NCBI GenBank assembly: GCA_038872135.1
Contig: JAVZGN010000001.1
Span: forward strand, 147-64,146
DNA from: Candidatus Hadarchaeales archaeon
GTDB taxonomy: Archaea; Hadarchaeota; Hadarchaeia; Hadarchaeales; Hadarchaeaceae
Length of the DNA stretch: 64,000 nt
Reading direction: 5' to 3'
The notes beneath the pieces are model-generated. The model was not told the DNA's origin and did no database searches. It saw only the letters and a program-made list of their open reading frames with translations. The position numbers and the translations under genes are program-made. Below are positions 34,752 to 44,851 of the stretch, piece by piece (position 1 is the stretch's first letter; each line of letters begins with the position of its first letter).

Positions 34752-35765
34752 ATGGTGAATATTGGGATTATTGGACTTGGATATTGGGGGCCAAATTATC
34801 TCAGAATAGTCCGAGAGCTAGAACACTGTAAGGTGAGCTATTGCTGCGATCTCGATGAAAAGGCGCTTGAAAGAGCAAAATTGGTTGCCCCAGAAATAAA
34901 AATCACGAAAGACTTCAGAAAAGTGGCGGAGGATCCAGAAACCGACGCGGTGATAATAACGACACCTTTGAACACCCATTATGAGATAGGTAAATTCTGC
35001 TTGGAGCACGGGAAACACGTACTGATGGAAAAGCCATTTGCATCCAATTCCGATGAGGCTAGGGCCCTTGCAAAAATTTCTGAGAAGAATGATTTAGTGT
35101 TGATGGCCGGGCATGTGTATGAATATCACCCGGCCGTGAGAAAACTTAAGGAGGAGATAAAGGCCGGTAAGCTTGGGGATGTTTATTACATGAGCGCTGA
35201 GAGGGTAGGGCTTGGCCCGATAAGGAAGTATGCGAGTGCTCTCTGGGACCTAGCCACTCATGACATCTCGATAGCCCTCTACCTGTTCGAGAAGATGCCG
35301 AGGGAAGTGAGTGCCCAGTCTGAATCTTACATCCAAAAGAAGGTCCCCGACGTCGTGTTTTTGACAATGAAATTTCCTGGCGATATCTTATGCAACATTC
35401 ACGCGAGCTGGATTGCCCCCGAGAAGATTAGAAAGGTAACGCTGGTCGGCTCAAAGGGAATGGCTGTTTTTGATGATGTGAACAAATCGGAGATGCTAAA
35501 GATTTATGAAAGAGAAATCGATAAGAGCCGCTTAAACAGCACACCAAAGTATATTGATCATCAGAGAATAGTGAAAATCGGGAATGTCTACATGCCGCCG
35601 GTGGAGCAGTCGGAGCCCCTGAGAATTCAGTGTGAGCACTTCATTGAGTGTATACTTAAAAACAGGCGGCCCGCCACCGACGCCATGGATGGGCTGAAGG
35701 TAATAAAAATTTTGGAGGCCGCCGAGAAATCTATCAGAAAAAGGAGGGAGGGAAAATTCCGATAA
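34752..35765 (+). CDS. Gfo/Idh/MocA-family NAD-dependent oxidoreductase (WbpB-like UDP-sugar 3-dehydrogenase)
   Basis: The Rossmann motif is IGIIGLGYWGPNYL. The start is probably the internal Met at 34752. Confidence 0.75.
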   Translation: MVNIGIIGLGYWGPNYLRIVRELEHCKVSYCCDLDEKALERAKLVAPEIKITKDFRKVAEDPETDAVIITTPLNTHYEIGKFCLEHGKHVLMEKPFASNSDEARALAKISEKNDLVLMAGHVYEYHPAVRKLKEEIKAGKLGDVYYMSAERVGLGPIRKYASALWDLATHDISIALYLFEKMPREVSAQSESYIQKKVPDVVFLTMKFPGDILCNIHASWIAPEKIRKVTLVGSKGMAVFDDVNKSEMLKIYEREIDKSRLNSTPKYIDHQRIVKIGNVYMPPVEQSEPLRIQCEHFIECILKNRRPATDAMDGLKVIKILEAAEKSIRKRREGKFR

Positions 35766-35776
35766 AAAATGTAGAA

Positions 35777-36193
35777 ATGGGAAAAAATGTTAAGATACCA
35801 TTTCCTGAGCTGGTAAACCTCTATGGGTGTAAGATCGGGGATAATTGCTTCATCGGGCCATTCGTTGAGATTCAGGAGGGTGTAGAAATTGGTGCCGGAA
35901 GCAGAATTCAGTCCCACTCCTTCATCTGCACCGGAGTAAAAATAGGAAAGAATGTTTTTGTGGGGCATGGGGTCATGTTCATAAACGATAGATACCCTGT
36001 TCGAAGAGATCCAGCTTTCTGGGAGGAGACGATTGTGGAAGATGATGTAGCTATAGGAAACAATGCAACGATTCTCCCATGCAGGATAGGAAAGGGAGCG
36101 CTGGTTGGAGCGGGAGCGGTTGTCACAAAGGATGTTCCTCCAGGAAAAGTTGTAGCTGGCAATCCAGCGAGGATTATCGGTGATCGAAAGTGA
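35777..36193 (+). CDS. left-handed beta-helix (hexapeptide) acetyltransferase, WbpD-like
   Basis: It has hexapeptide repeats ([28 protein letters not shown]...). It is 4-nt coupled to the downstream aminotransferase. Confidence 0.75.
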   Translation: MGKNVKIPFPELVNLYGCKIGDNCFIGPFVEIQEGVEIGAGSRIQSHSFICTGVKIGKNVFVGHGVMFINDRYPVRRDPAFWEETIVEDDVAIGNNATILPCRIGKGALVGAGAVVTKDVPPGKVVAGNPARIIGDRK

Positions 36194-37296
36194 AGGTCCC
36201 CCTTGTCGATCTTGTCCGCCAATATAGAAGCATAAAGGGGAGCATTGATAGCGCCATAAAGGAGGTTCTCAGCAGCGGTTCATTTATCTTGGGGAAGAAT
36301 GTTGTAACTTTTGAAAAGAATTTTGCAAAATATTGTGGAGTGAAATATGGGGTTGGCGTAGCCTCTGGCACAGATGCTCTTAGGCTGGCCCTTGCGGCTC
36401 TAGGCATAAAAGCTGGTGATGAGGTAATAACAACTGCAAACACCTTTATTTCAACAGTCGATGCTATATCCAACAATCAGGCGAAACCGATTTTTGTCGA
36501 TGTAGATGAAACCTACACAATGGATGTCGAAAAATTGAAGGAGGCGATAACCCCTCGCGTGAAGGCCATCATCCCAGTTCACCTTTATGGTCACCCAGCA
36601 GAAATGGCGCAGATTTTGGAAATAGCTGAGAAGCACGGAATAGCGGTAGTGGAGGATGCGGCTCAAGCTCATGGGGCGGAATATAAAAAGAGAAAGGTTG
36701 GAAGTTTTGGAGATTGTGCTTGTTTCAGTTTTTATCCCGCAAAGAACCTTGGGGCATATGGCGATGGGGGGATAATCTTGACCAATGATGACGAGATTCA
36801 TGAAAAACTTTACATGCTTAGAAACTATGGCCAGAGGGAGAAAAATAGGCATGAGTTCATCGGATGTAACAGCAGATTGGATGAGCTCCAGGCAGCGATC
36901 CTAAATGTTAAGCTGAAATATCTGGAGAGATGGAACTCTGCTAGAAGAAGGGTAGCTAAGGAATATTCTAGGAGATTGGGGGAAAATGAAAAGCTGGTTT
37001 TGCCGCAAGAGAAGCCCCATGTAAAGCATGTTTTTCATCTTTATGTCGTAAGAACGGAGAGGAGGGACGAGCTGCGTGAATGGCTGAAGGCAAGAGGAAT
37101 CGAAACAGGCATTCATTATCCAATTCCCGTTCATCTTCAGAAGGCATACGCGCATCTAGGAGTTAAAGAAGGGAGCCTACCAAAAACGGAGAAATATTCG
37201 CGGGAAATTATTTCACTGCCGATGTTCCCGGAGATGAGAAAATCAGAAGTTGGGCATGTTTGCGATTCCATCGAAAGCTTTTTTGAGAGGAGTTAA
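36190..37296 (+). CDS. DegT/DnrJ/EryC1-family PLP aminotransferase (WbpE-like)
   Basis: Family motifs are present in the 368-aa product, including a lysine in the [16 protein letters not shown] region. Confidence 0.85.
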   Translation: MKVPLVDLVRQYRSIKGSIDSAIKEVLSSGSFILGKNVVTFEKNFAKYCGVKYGVGVASGTDALRLALAALGIKAGDEVITTANTFISTVDAISNNQAKPIFVDVDETYTMDVEKLKEAITPRVKAIIPVHLYGHPAEMAQILEIAEKHGIAVVEDAAQAHGAEYKKRKVGSFGDCACFSFYPAKNLGAYGDGGIILTNDDEIHEKLYMLRNYGQREKNRHEFIGCNSRLDELQAAILNVKLKYLERWNSARRRVAKEYSRRLGENEKLVLPQEKPHVKHVFHLYVVRTERRDELREWLKARGIETGIHYPIPVHLQKAYAHLGVKEGSLPKTEKYSREIISLPMFPEMRKSEVGHVCDSIESFFERS

Positions 37297-37299
37297 AAA

Positions 37300-38424
37300 T
37301 TATTTCCGCAATTTCTTAAGATATTCTATGAGGGGCTTCTTCATAATTTCATTGTCCACTTCCCACTTTCTTTTTCTGCAGTTTTCTTTCAACCTTTTGT
37401 AGAGCTTTTTATCCTCAAGAAGTCGAAGAATACCTTTTGCGATATCTTCTGGCGTGTCTTTGACTACTATTCCAACGTCAAGCTTCCTCACCCACTCGGC
37501 ATGCTCGCCAGTGTCAGTGCACACTTGGGGAATTTCGGCGGCAATGTGTTCAAAGACTTTAAGCGATGAGATGACTCTGGTCATGAATGCATCTCTCGCT
37601 GGCATCACCGCAATGTAGGCACCTTTAAGGTTAGAAATGGCTTCCTCATGAGGGCTGTATCTTATCCAAACTACTCCCTCTTTTTTGCTGAGAAGCCTGC
37701 CGAGTTCTGGATCATATTTTACTTCTTCATCGCAGCCCCCCATGACTACGAGTTGGGTTTCCGGATGTTTTTTCTTTACTATTTCAAAGGCGCGAAGAAG
37801 AAGGTCTACCCCCTTCCACCTGGGGAAGCCGCCCATGTAGAAGATAGTTTTCTTTCTGAACCTTTTGGGCTTTATGCGAGAGATTTTTGCAACATTGGCC
37901 CCATTGTAGACCCGGAAGACATTTCTGTTAAGGTGCAACTTTTTATATTTCTCTGTTGAGTACCACGAGACGCAGAAGACGGCATTACTGAGTTTTATGG
38001 AAATTAGTTCCATCAACTCATAAACTGGGAACAGAAGTCTCCTTAAAACCCTCTTGTAGAGAGGCCCCTGCCAGGTTTTTTCCAATGCCATCTCCCCATA
38101 GAGCTCTATCACCACGGTGAGGACATTTTTTTTCGCGGCTTTCAGAATCGCCAACGAAAGAAAGTGGAAATATGGAGCAGAAAGAAACACAAACGTGTCG
38201 TATTTTTTGATAAAATGTGGCAGCTTCAGGAAAAAAATAATGGAATGGAGAATTTTATGCCCGACCGTTTGCCCGTAGTTTGGAGGCATGAGAAAGACAT
38301 CGGAAATCCCACAAACTCTAAAAAATTCGGAAACGGTAGAGGTATAATCAAAACCAATGACTTTTCTTTGTGTCGTGTGCATCACGATTTTTTTCTCCAC
38401 CACTCTTAAAACTCTATGGCGCAA
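37300..38424 (-). CDS. glycosyltransferase family 4
   Basis: It has the GT4 C-terminal domain (FYMGGFPRWKGVDLL...AVMPARDAF). Confidence 0.7.
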   Translation of the reverse strand: MRHRVLRVVEKKIVMHTTQRKVIGFDYTSTVSEFFRVCGISDVFLMPPNYGQTVGHKILHSIIFFLKLPHFIKKYDTFVFLSAPYFHFLSLAILKAAKKNVLTVVIELYGEMALEKTWQGPLYKRVLRRLLFPVYELMELISIKLSNAVFCVSWYSTEKYKKLHLNRNVFRVYNGANVAKISRIKPKRFRKKTIFYMGGFPRWKGVDLLLRAFEIVKKKHPETQLVVMGGCDEEVKYDPELGRLLSKKEGVVWIRYSPHEEAISNLKGAYIAVMPARDAFMTRVISSLKVFEHIAAEIPQVCTDTGEHAEWVRKLDVGIVVKDTPEDIAKGILRLLEDKKLYKRLKENCRKRKWEVDNEIMKKPLIEYLKKLRK

Positions 38425-38552
38425 AATTTCTCGTGGAAATTTTTTGATAGAATCTAGAAGGGCGGTGGCTCTAGGGGTGATGGTTGCATCTTGTGCAGGT
38501 TATATGGGCTGCAGTCCTCCAGAACAGATAATAGTTACTAGAACAGTTTTTA

Positions 38553-38984
38553 GTGATGAAAATTTATACGGTCGGACACTCCACGCGCAGGATGAAAGAT
38601 TTCATCAATATTCTCAAACATTTTCAGATAGAGCTCGTGGTAGATGTCCGGCGCTGGCCAGCGAGCAAAAAATTTCCCCGCTTTAACAAAAAGAATCTTC
38701 AGGCAAAGTTGAAAAAAGCTAGCATTGACTACATTCATTTTCCCGAACTTGGGGGTTACAGGAAAGGGGGCTACGCGGCTTTTGCGCAAACGAAAGAGTT
38801 TGAAAATGCGATAAGGGAGCTTCTGAAAATTGTCGATGATAGGACTGTAGCACTTCTTTGCGCGGAGATGCTGTGGTTCAAATGCCATCGGCGATATATC
38901 GCCGAGAGATTGGTCAAGCTTGGGTATTCTGTAACGCACATTTTTGATGAGCGGAGAACTCAGAAGCACAAGCTTAGGGAATAA
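38553..38984 (+). CDS. DUF488-family protein
   Basis: The N-terminus KIYTVGHSTR and the overall motif pattern fit DUF488. The antisense ORF 38550-39080 is rejected. Confidence 0.6.
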   Translation: MMKIYTVGHSTRRMKDFINILKHFQIELVVDVRRWPASKKFPRFNKKNLQAKLKKASIDYIHFPELGGYRKGGYAAFAQTKEFENAIRELLKIVDDRTVALLCAEMLWFKCHRRYIAERLVKLGYSVTHIFDERRTQKHKLRE

Positions 38985-39026
38985 AATGATGTTAAAATAT
39001 TTGTAAGGGAAATTATTGACGAGATA

Positions 39027-39557
39027 ATGAAAAGGGAAATCCAAAGCCGGCGACTCTACCGGCTCCTCTATCCCAGGCAAGTGATTCTAGTCAGCAGTTT
39101 GGACCCATCTACTGGAAAGCCGAATGTTCTCCCAGTTGCTTGGGCCACACCTCTTTCTGCAGAACCCCCGCTCGTCGGGGTCCTGCTTACAAAAGAGCGC
39201 TACTCTCATAGTTTGATAGAAAAATCGGGGGAATTCGTGATAAACATTCCGACGATGGAACTCCTGGAAAAAATCAAGAAGTGTGGCAGCACTTCGGGAA
39301 GATCTATTGAAAAGTTCAAAGAATTTGGGCTCACGCCGCGTCCTGCATCAAAAATTCGAACCCCTCTCGTTGAAGAATGCATCGCTCACCTCGAATGTAA
39401 GCTGGTTAAAATTGTGGAGACAGGCGATCACATGTTGTTTATTGGTGAGATTGTGGCTGCCAGCGCTGATGAGGGGATTTTTGAAAATGAAATGATGAAC
39501 ATGGGCAGGGCGAAACTGGTTTATCATATAGGAGGAGATGATTACACAACATTTTAG
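39027..39557 (+). CDS. flavin reductase-like FMN-binding protein, paralog of 24179-24739
   Basis: The motif VILVSSLDPSTGKPNVLPVAWATPLSAEPPLVGVLL matches the earlier flavin-reductase-like protein. Confidence 0.7.
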   Translation: MKREIQSRRLYRLLYPRQVILVSSLDPSTGKPNVLPVAWATPLSAEPPLVGVLLTKERYSHSLIEKSGEFVINIPTMELLEKIKKCGSTSGRSIEKFKEFGLTPRPASKIRTPLVEECIAHLECKLVKIVETGDHMLFIGEIVAASADEGIFENEMMNMGRAKLVYHIGGDDYTTF

Positions 39558-39586
39558 AGTCCGCGGACATACTGGAGAGTGGTAGC

Positions 39587-39964
39587 ATGTTCGTCCCACC
39601 TTCAGAACCAAAAGAGCTCCTTCAGCTACCAGAGTTTCACTTTGGAGTAGCCACGATAATAGTCATCGCGGTCGGTGCTTCGGCAACAATTTCTGGAAGC
39701 GCATTTGGTATCTCAAACATAACGATGGGTCTAATAATGGCGTTAAGCACTCTTGGTTCTATTGGATATGTGGGGCACAGAATTGTTAGAGAGTTTTTTC
39801 CACCAATTCCCATTTTTACCGCTTTTGGCATTCTCCTATTAGTCGCCGGTATTCAGTCTCTTCTCACTTGGCCGTGGCACATGTGGACAAGCTGGGCGAC
39901 AATGATTTCGGGAGCGACTTCTTTATACGGAGTTTATAGAAAATCTCGTAGCAGAATTTTATGA
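39587..39964 (+). CDS. hypothetical small membrane protein
   Basis: The 125-aa product has 3-4 TM helices and no recognisable motifs. Confidence 0.35.
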   Translation: MFVPPSEPKELLQLPEFHFGVATIIVIAVGASATISGSAFGISNITMGLIMALSTLGSIGYVGHRIVREFFPPIPIFTAFGILLLVAGIQSLLTWPWHMWTSWATMISGATSLYGVYRKSRSRIL

Positions 39965-40009
39965 TTTCTTTTCAGAGAAATCCTTATCCCCTCCAAAGGA
40001 AAAGAGTGT

Positions 40010-40771
40010 TTGATGGTTCCCCTTAATCTTATATTTCTTGGGACAGCTGGGGCGGGAAAGAGTTCCCTCACGGCAACCTTTGGAAGGTGGATTGAGCATA
40101 ATACAGATCAGAGAGTGGCGTATATCAACTTGGACCCCGGGTGTGACTCTCTTCCTTTTGTTCCCGACTTTGATATCCGTGAGCGCTTTACGGTGGCAAA
40201 GATAATGGAGGAGGAGAAGCTCGGTCCAAATGGAGCCATGGTCAGGGCAGCAGAGCTGTTTGAGCAGAATGCAAAAGAAATTTCCAAAAGCGTGGATGAG
40301 ATAAAAGCAGATATAAGGCTCGTGGACACCCCCGGGCAGTTGGAGGTCTTCCTTTTTCACGGTGGAAGAGAGATAGCAAGTTTAATGAATGGAACTACCA
40401 TCTCACTGTTTCTTCTTGATGCGAAGCTTGCCACAGATCCCGGAGGTCTCGTCTTTACAAGTCTCTTTAATTTGGCGATAGGACTAAAGTTGGCTACCCC
40501 GACAGTTCCAGTTTTGAATAAGGTAGACCTAATTGGAACCGGCGTTGAGAAAATTGATTGGATGTTGAGCGATCCAGAAGTTTTGAAGAAACAGATACTG
40601 GAGGAAAGGCTGGGGATGGCAGCCGAAGTCATCCTTTCTCTGGCAGGCATCCTCTCCAATTTTCTTCCTCCGACCAGGATAGCGAGGGTGAGTGCGAAGA
40701 CTGGGGAGGGAATGTCTTCTTTGTATGATATAGTGCATGAAGTCTTCTGTGCCTGCGGGGATCTCACCTAA
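40010..40771 (+). CDS. GPN-loop GTPase
   Basis: It has the P-loop GTAGAGKSS, the GPN motif (LGPNGAM) and the DTPGQLE G3 motif. Confidence 0.75.
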   Translation: MMVPLNLIFLGTAGAGKSSLTATFGRWIEHNTDQRVAYINLDPGCDSLPFVPDFDIRERFTVAKIMEEEKLGPNGAMVRAAELFEQNAKEISKSVDEIKADIRLVDTPGQLEVFLFHGGREIASLMNGTTISLFLLDAKLATDPGGLVFTSLFNLAIGLKLATPTVPVLNKVDLIGTGVEKIDWMLSDPEVLKKQILEERLGMAAEVILSLAGILSNFLPPTRIARVSAKTGEGMSSLYDIVHEVFCACGDLT

Positions 40772-41235
40772 CTTTGGTGCTTGATGGCATGGATGAGTGG
40801 CTCATTGGAATCTGCTTTTATTGAGGTGTGGGTGATGAATGTCTCGGTTTCTTTTATGCCTTTCAGTTTATGTATTTTTTTCACGATTTCTCCGAGTTCA
40901 CCCTCATCTTTTGCCCAAATCTCGAGAATGGCGCTGAATCTTCCAAAAACTCTGTGAAAGTTTTTTACTTGGGGAATTCTTGTGATGACCTCCTCATTTC
41001 TCTTTCTGAGGGCAGCGTTGGGAGATTCATTCAGGAGGATATATGCTCTGAGATTCAATCCTAGTTGACGGGGGTCAATTTCTACGCTGAACCTCTTGAC
41101 CAGCGTTTTTTTGAGCTCCTCGATTTTTTTAGCAGCTGTCTGTCTAGAAACTCCTGCTCTCTTTCCGATCTCTATAGTAGGAAGCCTCGCATCTTCCATC
41201 AAACTTAACAGAATTTTCTTTTCATTTTCGTTCAT
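40768..41235 (-). CDS. Lrp/AsnC-family transcription regulator
   Basis: It has the HTH IEIGKRAGVSRQTAAKKIEEL plus a RAM domain. Confidence 0.8.
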   Translation of the reverse strand: MNENEKKILLSLMEDARLPTIEIGKRAGVSRQTAAKKIEELKKTLVKRFSVEIDPRQLGLNLRAYILLNESPNAALRKRNEEVITRIPQVKNFHRVFGRFSAILEIWAKDEGELGEIVKKIHKLKGIKETETFITHTSIKADSNEPLIHAIKHQS

Positions 41236-41244
41236 TTTAACAAT

Positions 41245-43185
41245 TTGTTAACGAAAATACTTAAATACTTTACCATACAGAAATTCAAGGCTGATAGGAT
41301 GAAGGATGCAAAAAGGATGCTTTCGGGAATGATGAACGAAGAAAACTATAGAAAGCTTGCGGCAATTTCCCATCCAGAAGTTATTCAGTTTATTGCAGAC
41401 TCCGCGGAGTTGTGCGGACCAAAAGAGATTTTCATTTCTAATGACACTCCAGAGGATCTTGCGTACATCCGGAAGATGGCTATAGAAAGTGGTGAAGAAA
41501 AGGCAGACTTAAAGATGCCCGGCCACACCTACCACTTTGACGGCTATTTTGATCAGGGGAGAGACAGAAAGGTTACAAAGATCCTAGTTCCTGCTGGAGA
41601 TCACATAAGCCCAAACATAGAAGAGATCGAGAGGGAAGCGGGGTTGAAAGAAATTCAAGAGTTGCTCAGAAACTCCATGAGCGGCAAAACGATGATAGTG
41701 CGGCTTCTGACCCTCGGCCCTCCGGGCTCTGTCTTCACAATCCCCTGCATGGAATGTACAGATTCATGGTATGTGGCCCATTCGGTTAGTCTCCTATACA
41801 GGAGAGGTTATGAGGTGTTCAAGAAGCTACCCCCCACCGCGGAGATTTTCAAAACGCTTCATTCAGCCGGTAGGCTTGATGAGAGAAAGATAAGCGTTGA
41901 TCATGAGAAGAAGCGAATTTATGTTGATTACATCACAAACACTGTTTACAGCGTGAACACTCAGTACGCTGGAAATTCTGTGGGATTCAAGAAGTTAGCT
42001 CTGAGGCTGGCCATTAGAAAGGCCCACAGAGAAGGATGGCTTGCCGAGCATTTCATGATCATGGGGGTTAGAGATTCAAAGGGGAGGAAAACATACCTTG
42101 CAGGCGCTTTTCCGAGTGGTTGCGGGAAGACTTCAACAGCAATGCTTCCGGGGGAGACCATCCTCTCTGACGATCTCGCGTATGTCAGAAATATCGGTGG
42201 CGTTTGCAGAGGCGTGAATGTCGAGTCGGGTATTTTTGGAATTATTCAGAATGTGAACTCAAGAGATGACCCGCTCATCTATGAAGTGCTCACAAGTCCA
42301 AATGAAATTATTTTCTCAAATGTTTTGATCAAGGATGGAAGACCTTGGTGGCTGGGAATGGGCTGCGATCTCCCTAAAAGTGGTGTAAACTTTTCTGGGG
42401 AATGGTGGGAGGGGAAGACCGGCCCGGACGGGAAGGTGATACCACCTGCAAGTGAAAATGCAAGATACACGGTGGCATTGGAAGCGCTGAAAAATGCAGA
42501 TCCAGAGCTTCATAATCCAGAAGGTGTGGAGATCAGCGGGATAATGTTTGGTGGAAGAGACTATAGAGGATATGTTCCGGTACAGGAGAGTTTTGATTGG
42601 GAGCATGGGGTGATTGCATATGGTGCAGCGCTAGAAACCGAAACAACATTTGCGATAGTTGAGGAGCAGGGAAAATACGAGATAAATGTCATGAGCATCC
42701 AAGATTTTCTCACAATCCCTCTCGGTCAGTACATCAAGAATTATCTTGAGTTTGGAAGGAAGCTCAGGCGAATCCCCCGTATTTTCAGCGTCAACTACTT
42801 CTTAAGAGATGTGGAAACTGGGGATTTTCTGAACGAGCGCCGGGATAAGCACGTGTGGGTCAAATGGATGGCCCAGAGAGTCAACGGGGATGTCGGCGGA
42901 ATCGAGACTCCAACTGGAATAATTCCGATATATGAGGATTTGGTCCCGCTCTTTAGAGGAGTGCTGGGAAAGGAGTATAAAAGGGAGGAGTATAGGAAGC
43001 AGTTTACCATCAGGGTGAGGGAAAATCTTGGAAAGATTCGAAGGGTTCAGGAATTCTGGAAAAAGATTCCCGACGCCCCTGGGGAGATTTTCAAAGTGCT
43101 CGAAGCTCAGAAGAACAGACTCATTGAGGCTAGGGAGAAGTTTGGAGAGGAGTACATTGCCCCTGAAAAATTCCTAAAGAGATGA
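41245..43185 (+). CDS. pckG: phosphoenolpyruvate carboxykinase (GTP)
   Basis: It has the kinase-1a motif FPSGCGKTS, the GTP-PEPCK architecture and the expected length. The start may be an internal Met. Confidence 0.9.
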   Translation: MLTKILKYFTIQKFKADRMKDAKRMLSGMMNEENYRKLAAISHPEVIQFIADSAELCGPKEIFISNDTPEDLAYIRKMAIESGEEKADLKMPGHTYHFDGYFDQGRDRKVTKILVPAGDHISPNIEEIEREAGLKEIQELLRNSMSGKTMIVRLLTLGPPGSVFTIPCMECTDSWYVAHSVSLLYRRGYEVFKKLPPTAEIFKTLHSAGRLDERKISVDHEKKRIYVDYITNTVYSVNTQYAGNSVGFKKLALRLAIRKAHREGWLAEHFMIMGVRDSKGRKTYLAGAFPSGCGKTSTAMLPGETILSDDLAYVRNIGGVCRGVNVESGIFGIIQNVNSRDDPLIYEVLTSPNEIIFSNVLIKDGRPWWLGMGCDLPKSGVNFSGEWWEGKTGPDGKVIPPASENARYTVALEALKNADPELHNPEGVEISGIMFGGRDYRGYVPVQESFDWEHGVIAYGAALETETTFAIVEEQGKYEINVMSIQDFLTIPLGQYIKNYLEFGRKLRRIPRIFSVNYFLRDVETGDFLNERRDKHVWVKWMAQRVNGDVGGIETPTGIIPIYEDLVPLFRGVLGKEYKREEYRKQFTIRVRENLGKIRRVQEFWKKIPDAPGEIFKVLEAQKNRLIEAREKFGEEYIAPEKFLKR

Positions 43186-43189
43186 GTTT

Positions 43190-43666
43190 TTAGAAGAACT
43201 GGTATAGTTGCGTGAAAACTTCTTTGAGGTCGTTCGTCTGGTCCTTGTAGACTTCCGTGGCCCCTTTGTATCTAAGAGCATACACAATTCTCAGGGGGAT
43301 GATTTTTGAAAGGACAACGGCACTCGCACCCAGGAGAAGCTTTACAGAGGCCGCCCCTCCGGTGTAGTTTATTACAACTTCATCGGTCGGCTTTATCTGA
43401 CTGAAGACCTTTGAAATTGCGGCTCCCACAGACTTTATATCGAAGATGTCGCAAACCTGCCACACAACTTTTGTTCCGGTTTTTGAAGCCGCTCTTTCTA
43501 TCACCGTTTGGCTTGGCTCGGTATACCCACCAGCAGTCGCGATGTTTTTCATCTGAAAGTCAGAGCAGATGATGTAGGTGACATCTGGTTTCTCTTTTTC
43601 CAGCGCAAACTCCACTGTTGCTGGTACTTCTCCGAGCCCCTGTATGAGTATCTTCACCTTCTCCAT
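43190..43666 (-). CDS. hypothetical protein (Rossmann-like, unknown function)
   Basis: The 158-aa product has a GLGEV/NYTGGAASVKLLLG glycine-rich signature. I do not recognise it as a named family. Confidence 0.35.
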   Translation of the reverse strand: MEKVKILIQGLGEVPATVEFALEKEKPDVTYIICSDFQMKNIATAGGYTEPSQTVIERAASKTGTKVVWQVCDIFDIKSVGAAISKVFSQIKPTDEVVINYTGGAASVKLLLGASAVVLSKIIPLRIVYALRYKGATEVYKDQTNDLKEVFTQLYQFF

Positions 43667-43891
43667 TTTTCATAAATCTGGGGGGATTTATGGTTTTCTC
43701 TTGAGGCGAATGCAACGAAAAATTCAGATAAAAATAACTCCCGCCGCCGAGTTTCAACGTTGTCGGCAACACAAAAAGGTGCTAAAAATAATTTCTCGTC
43801 CCTCCTTTCTTGTTCAATCCCAGAATTCTTGAATTTTCAACGAGTCCAGATACAAAAATTTAAATGCTCCCGCAAAGTCAAGAGTGGTGAA

Positions 43892-44476
43892 ATGATGGTT
43901 AAAAAAGATCTGAAGGGCAGCAAAACCGAGAAGAACTTGCTCACGGCTTTCGCGGGGGAGTCTCAGGCCAGAAACCGCTACACATTTTATGCCGAGGTCG
44001 CTAGGAAAGAGGGTTACGAGCAGATTGCAGCGATATTTGAGGAAACGGCTTGGAATGAGCGGGCACATGCCCAGCGCGAGTTCCAGTTCCTGAAGGGCGG
44101 CGAGGTGGAGATTCAGGCGGCGTTCCCTGCTGGCGTTATCGGGGACACGAAGGCCAACCTGAAAGCAGCGGCAGATGGCGAGCACTATGAGTGGACAACC
44201 ATGTATAAGGAGTTTGAAAAGGTGGCGCGGGAGGAAGGATTCACGGAGATTGCGGATGTTTTCAAAGAGATAGGAGAGGTAGAGCAGCAGCATGAGGAGC
44301 GGTTTCTAGCGTTGCTAAAGAACATTACCGAGGGAAAGGTCTTCAAGAAGGACCGTCCCGTGAAGTGGAAGTGCCGCAATTGTGGATATGTACACTACGG
44401 AACATCTGCCCCGAAGAAATGTCCGGCATGTGGATACCCACAGAGCTACTACGAAGTGATGGCGGCGAACTATTAG
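43892..44476 (+). CDS. rubrerythrin
   Basis: It has a diiron four-helix-bundle (E...EXXH) motif and a C-terminal rubredoxin-like [10 protein letters not shown]...CPACG. The start was moved to the internal MMVKK. Confidence 0.85.
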   Translation: MMVKKDLKGSKTEKNLLTAFAGESQARNRYTFYAEVARKEGYEQIAAIFEETAWNERAHAQREFQFLKGGEVEIQAAFPAGVIGDTKANLKAAADGEHYEWTTMYKEFEKVAREEGFTEIADVFKEIGEVEQQHEERFLALLKNITEGKVFKKDRPVKWKCRNCGYVHYGTSAPKKCPACGYPQSYYEVMAANY

Positions 44477-44851
44477 TGTAGAGGCAGAAGACGGCCGGGA
44501 TCTAGATCTGCGGCTTGAACGCTGGAACTCTCTCGCTCGTGCTTCTAAGAAATGGCCGAAGAGGCATTCACAAAAGGCATTGTAGGTCCCCCCGTGAATA
44601 GTCAAATATCTCTCCCCACTACGCAGACATTTTGATCTGCTACGAGGATCGTGCTTTACGTTATTCTAGAGTAGTGTGAGCTTTACCTTTTGTTTCTAGC
44701 CTTCTTTGTCCGTAAATCACTTGGAACACATCTTTTATTGTCATTTGCGTTGAGCGGTCATATTTTTTTGAAGTTTTAGAATTCTTAACTCCTCCAGACC
44801 GGGTTTTGGGTTTGATTTTTATAAGTCCACATAAATAGATGCTGTGAAAGG

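Noticed and set aside
38550-39080. 176-aa minus-strand ORF antisense to the DUF488 gene
   Set aside because: The plus-strand product has a recognisable DUF488 N-terminus (KIYTVGHSTR). The antisense ORF has no motifs and is a typical shadow ORF.
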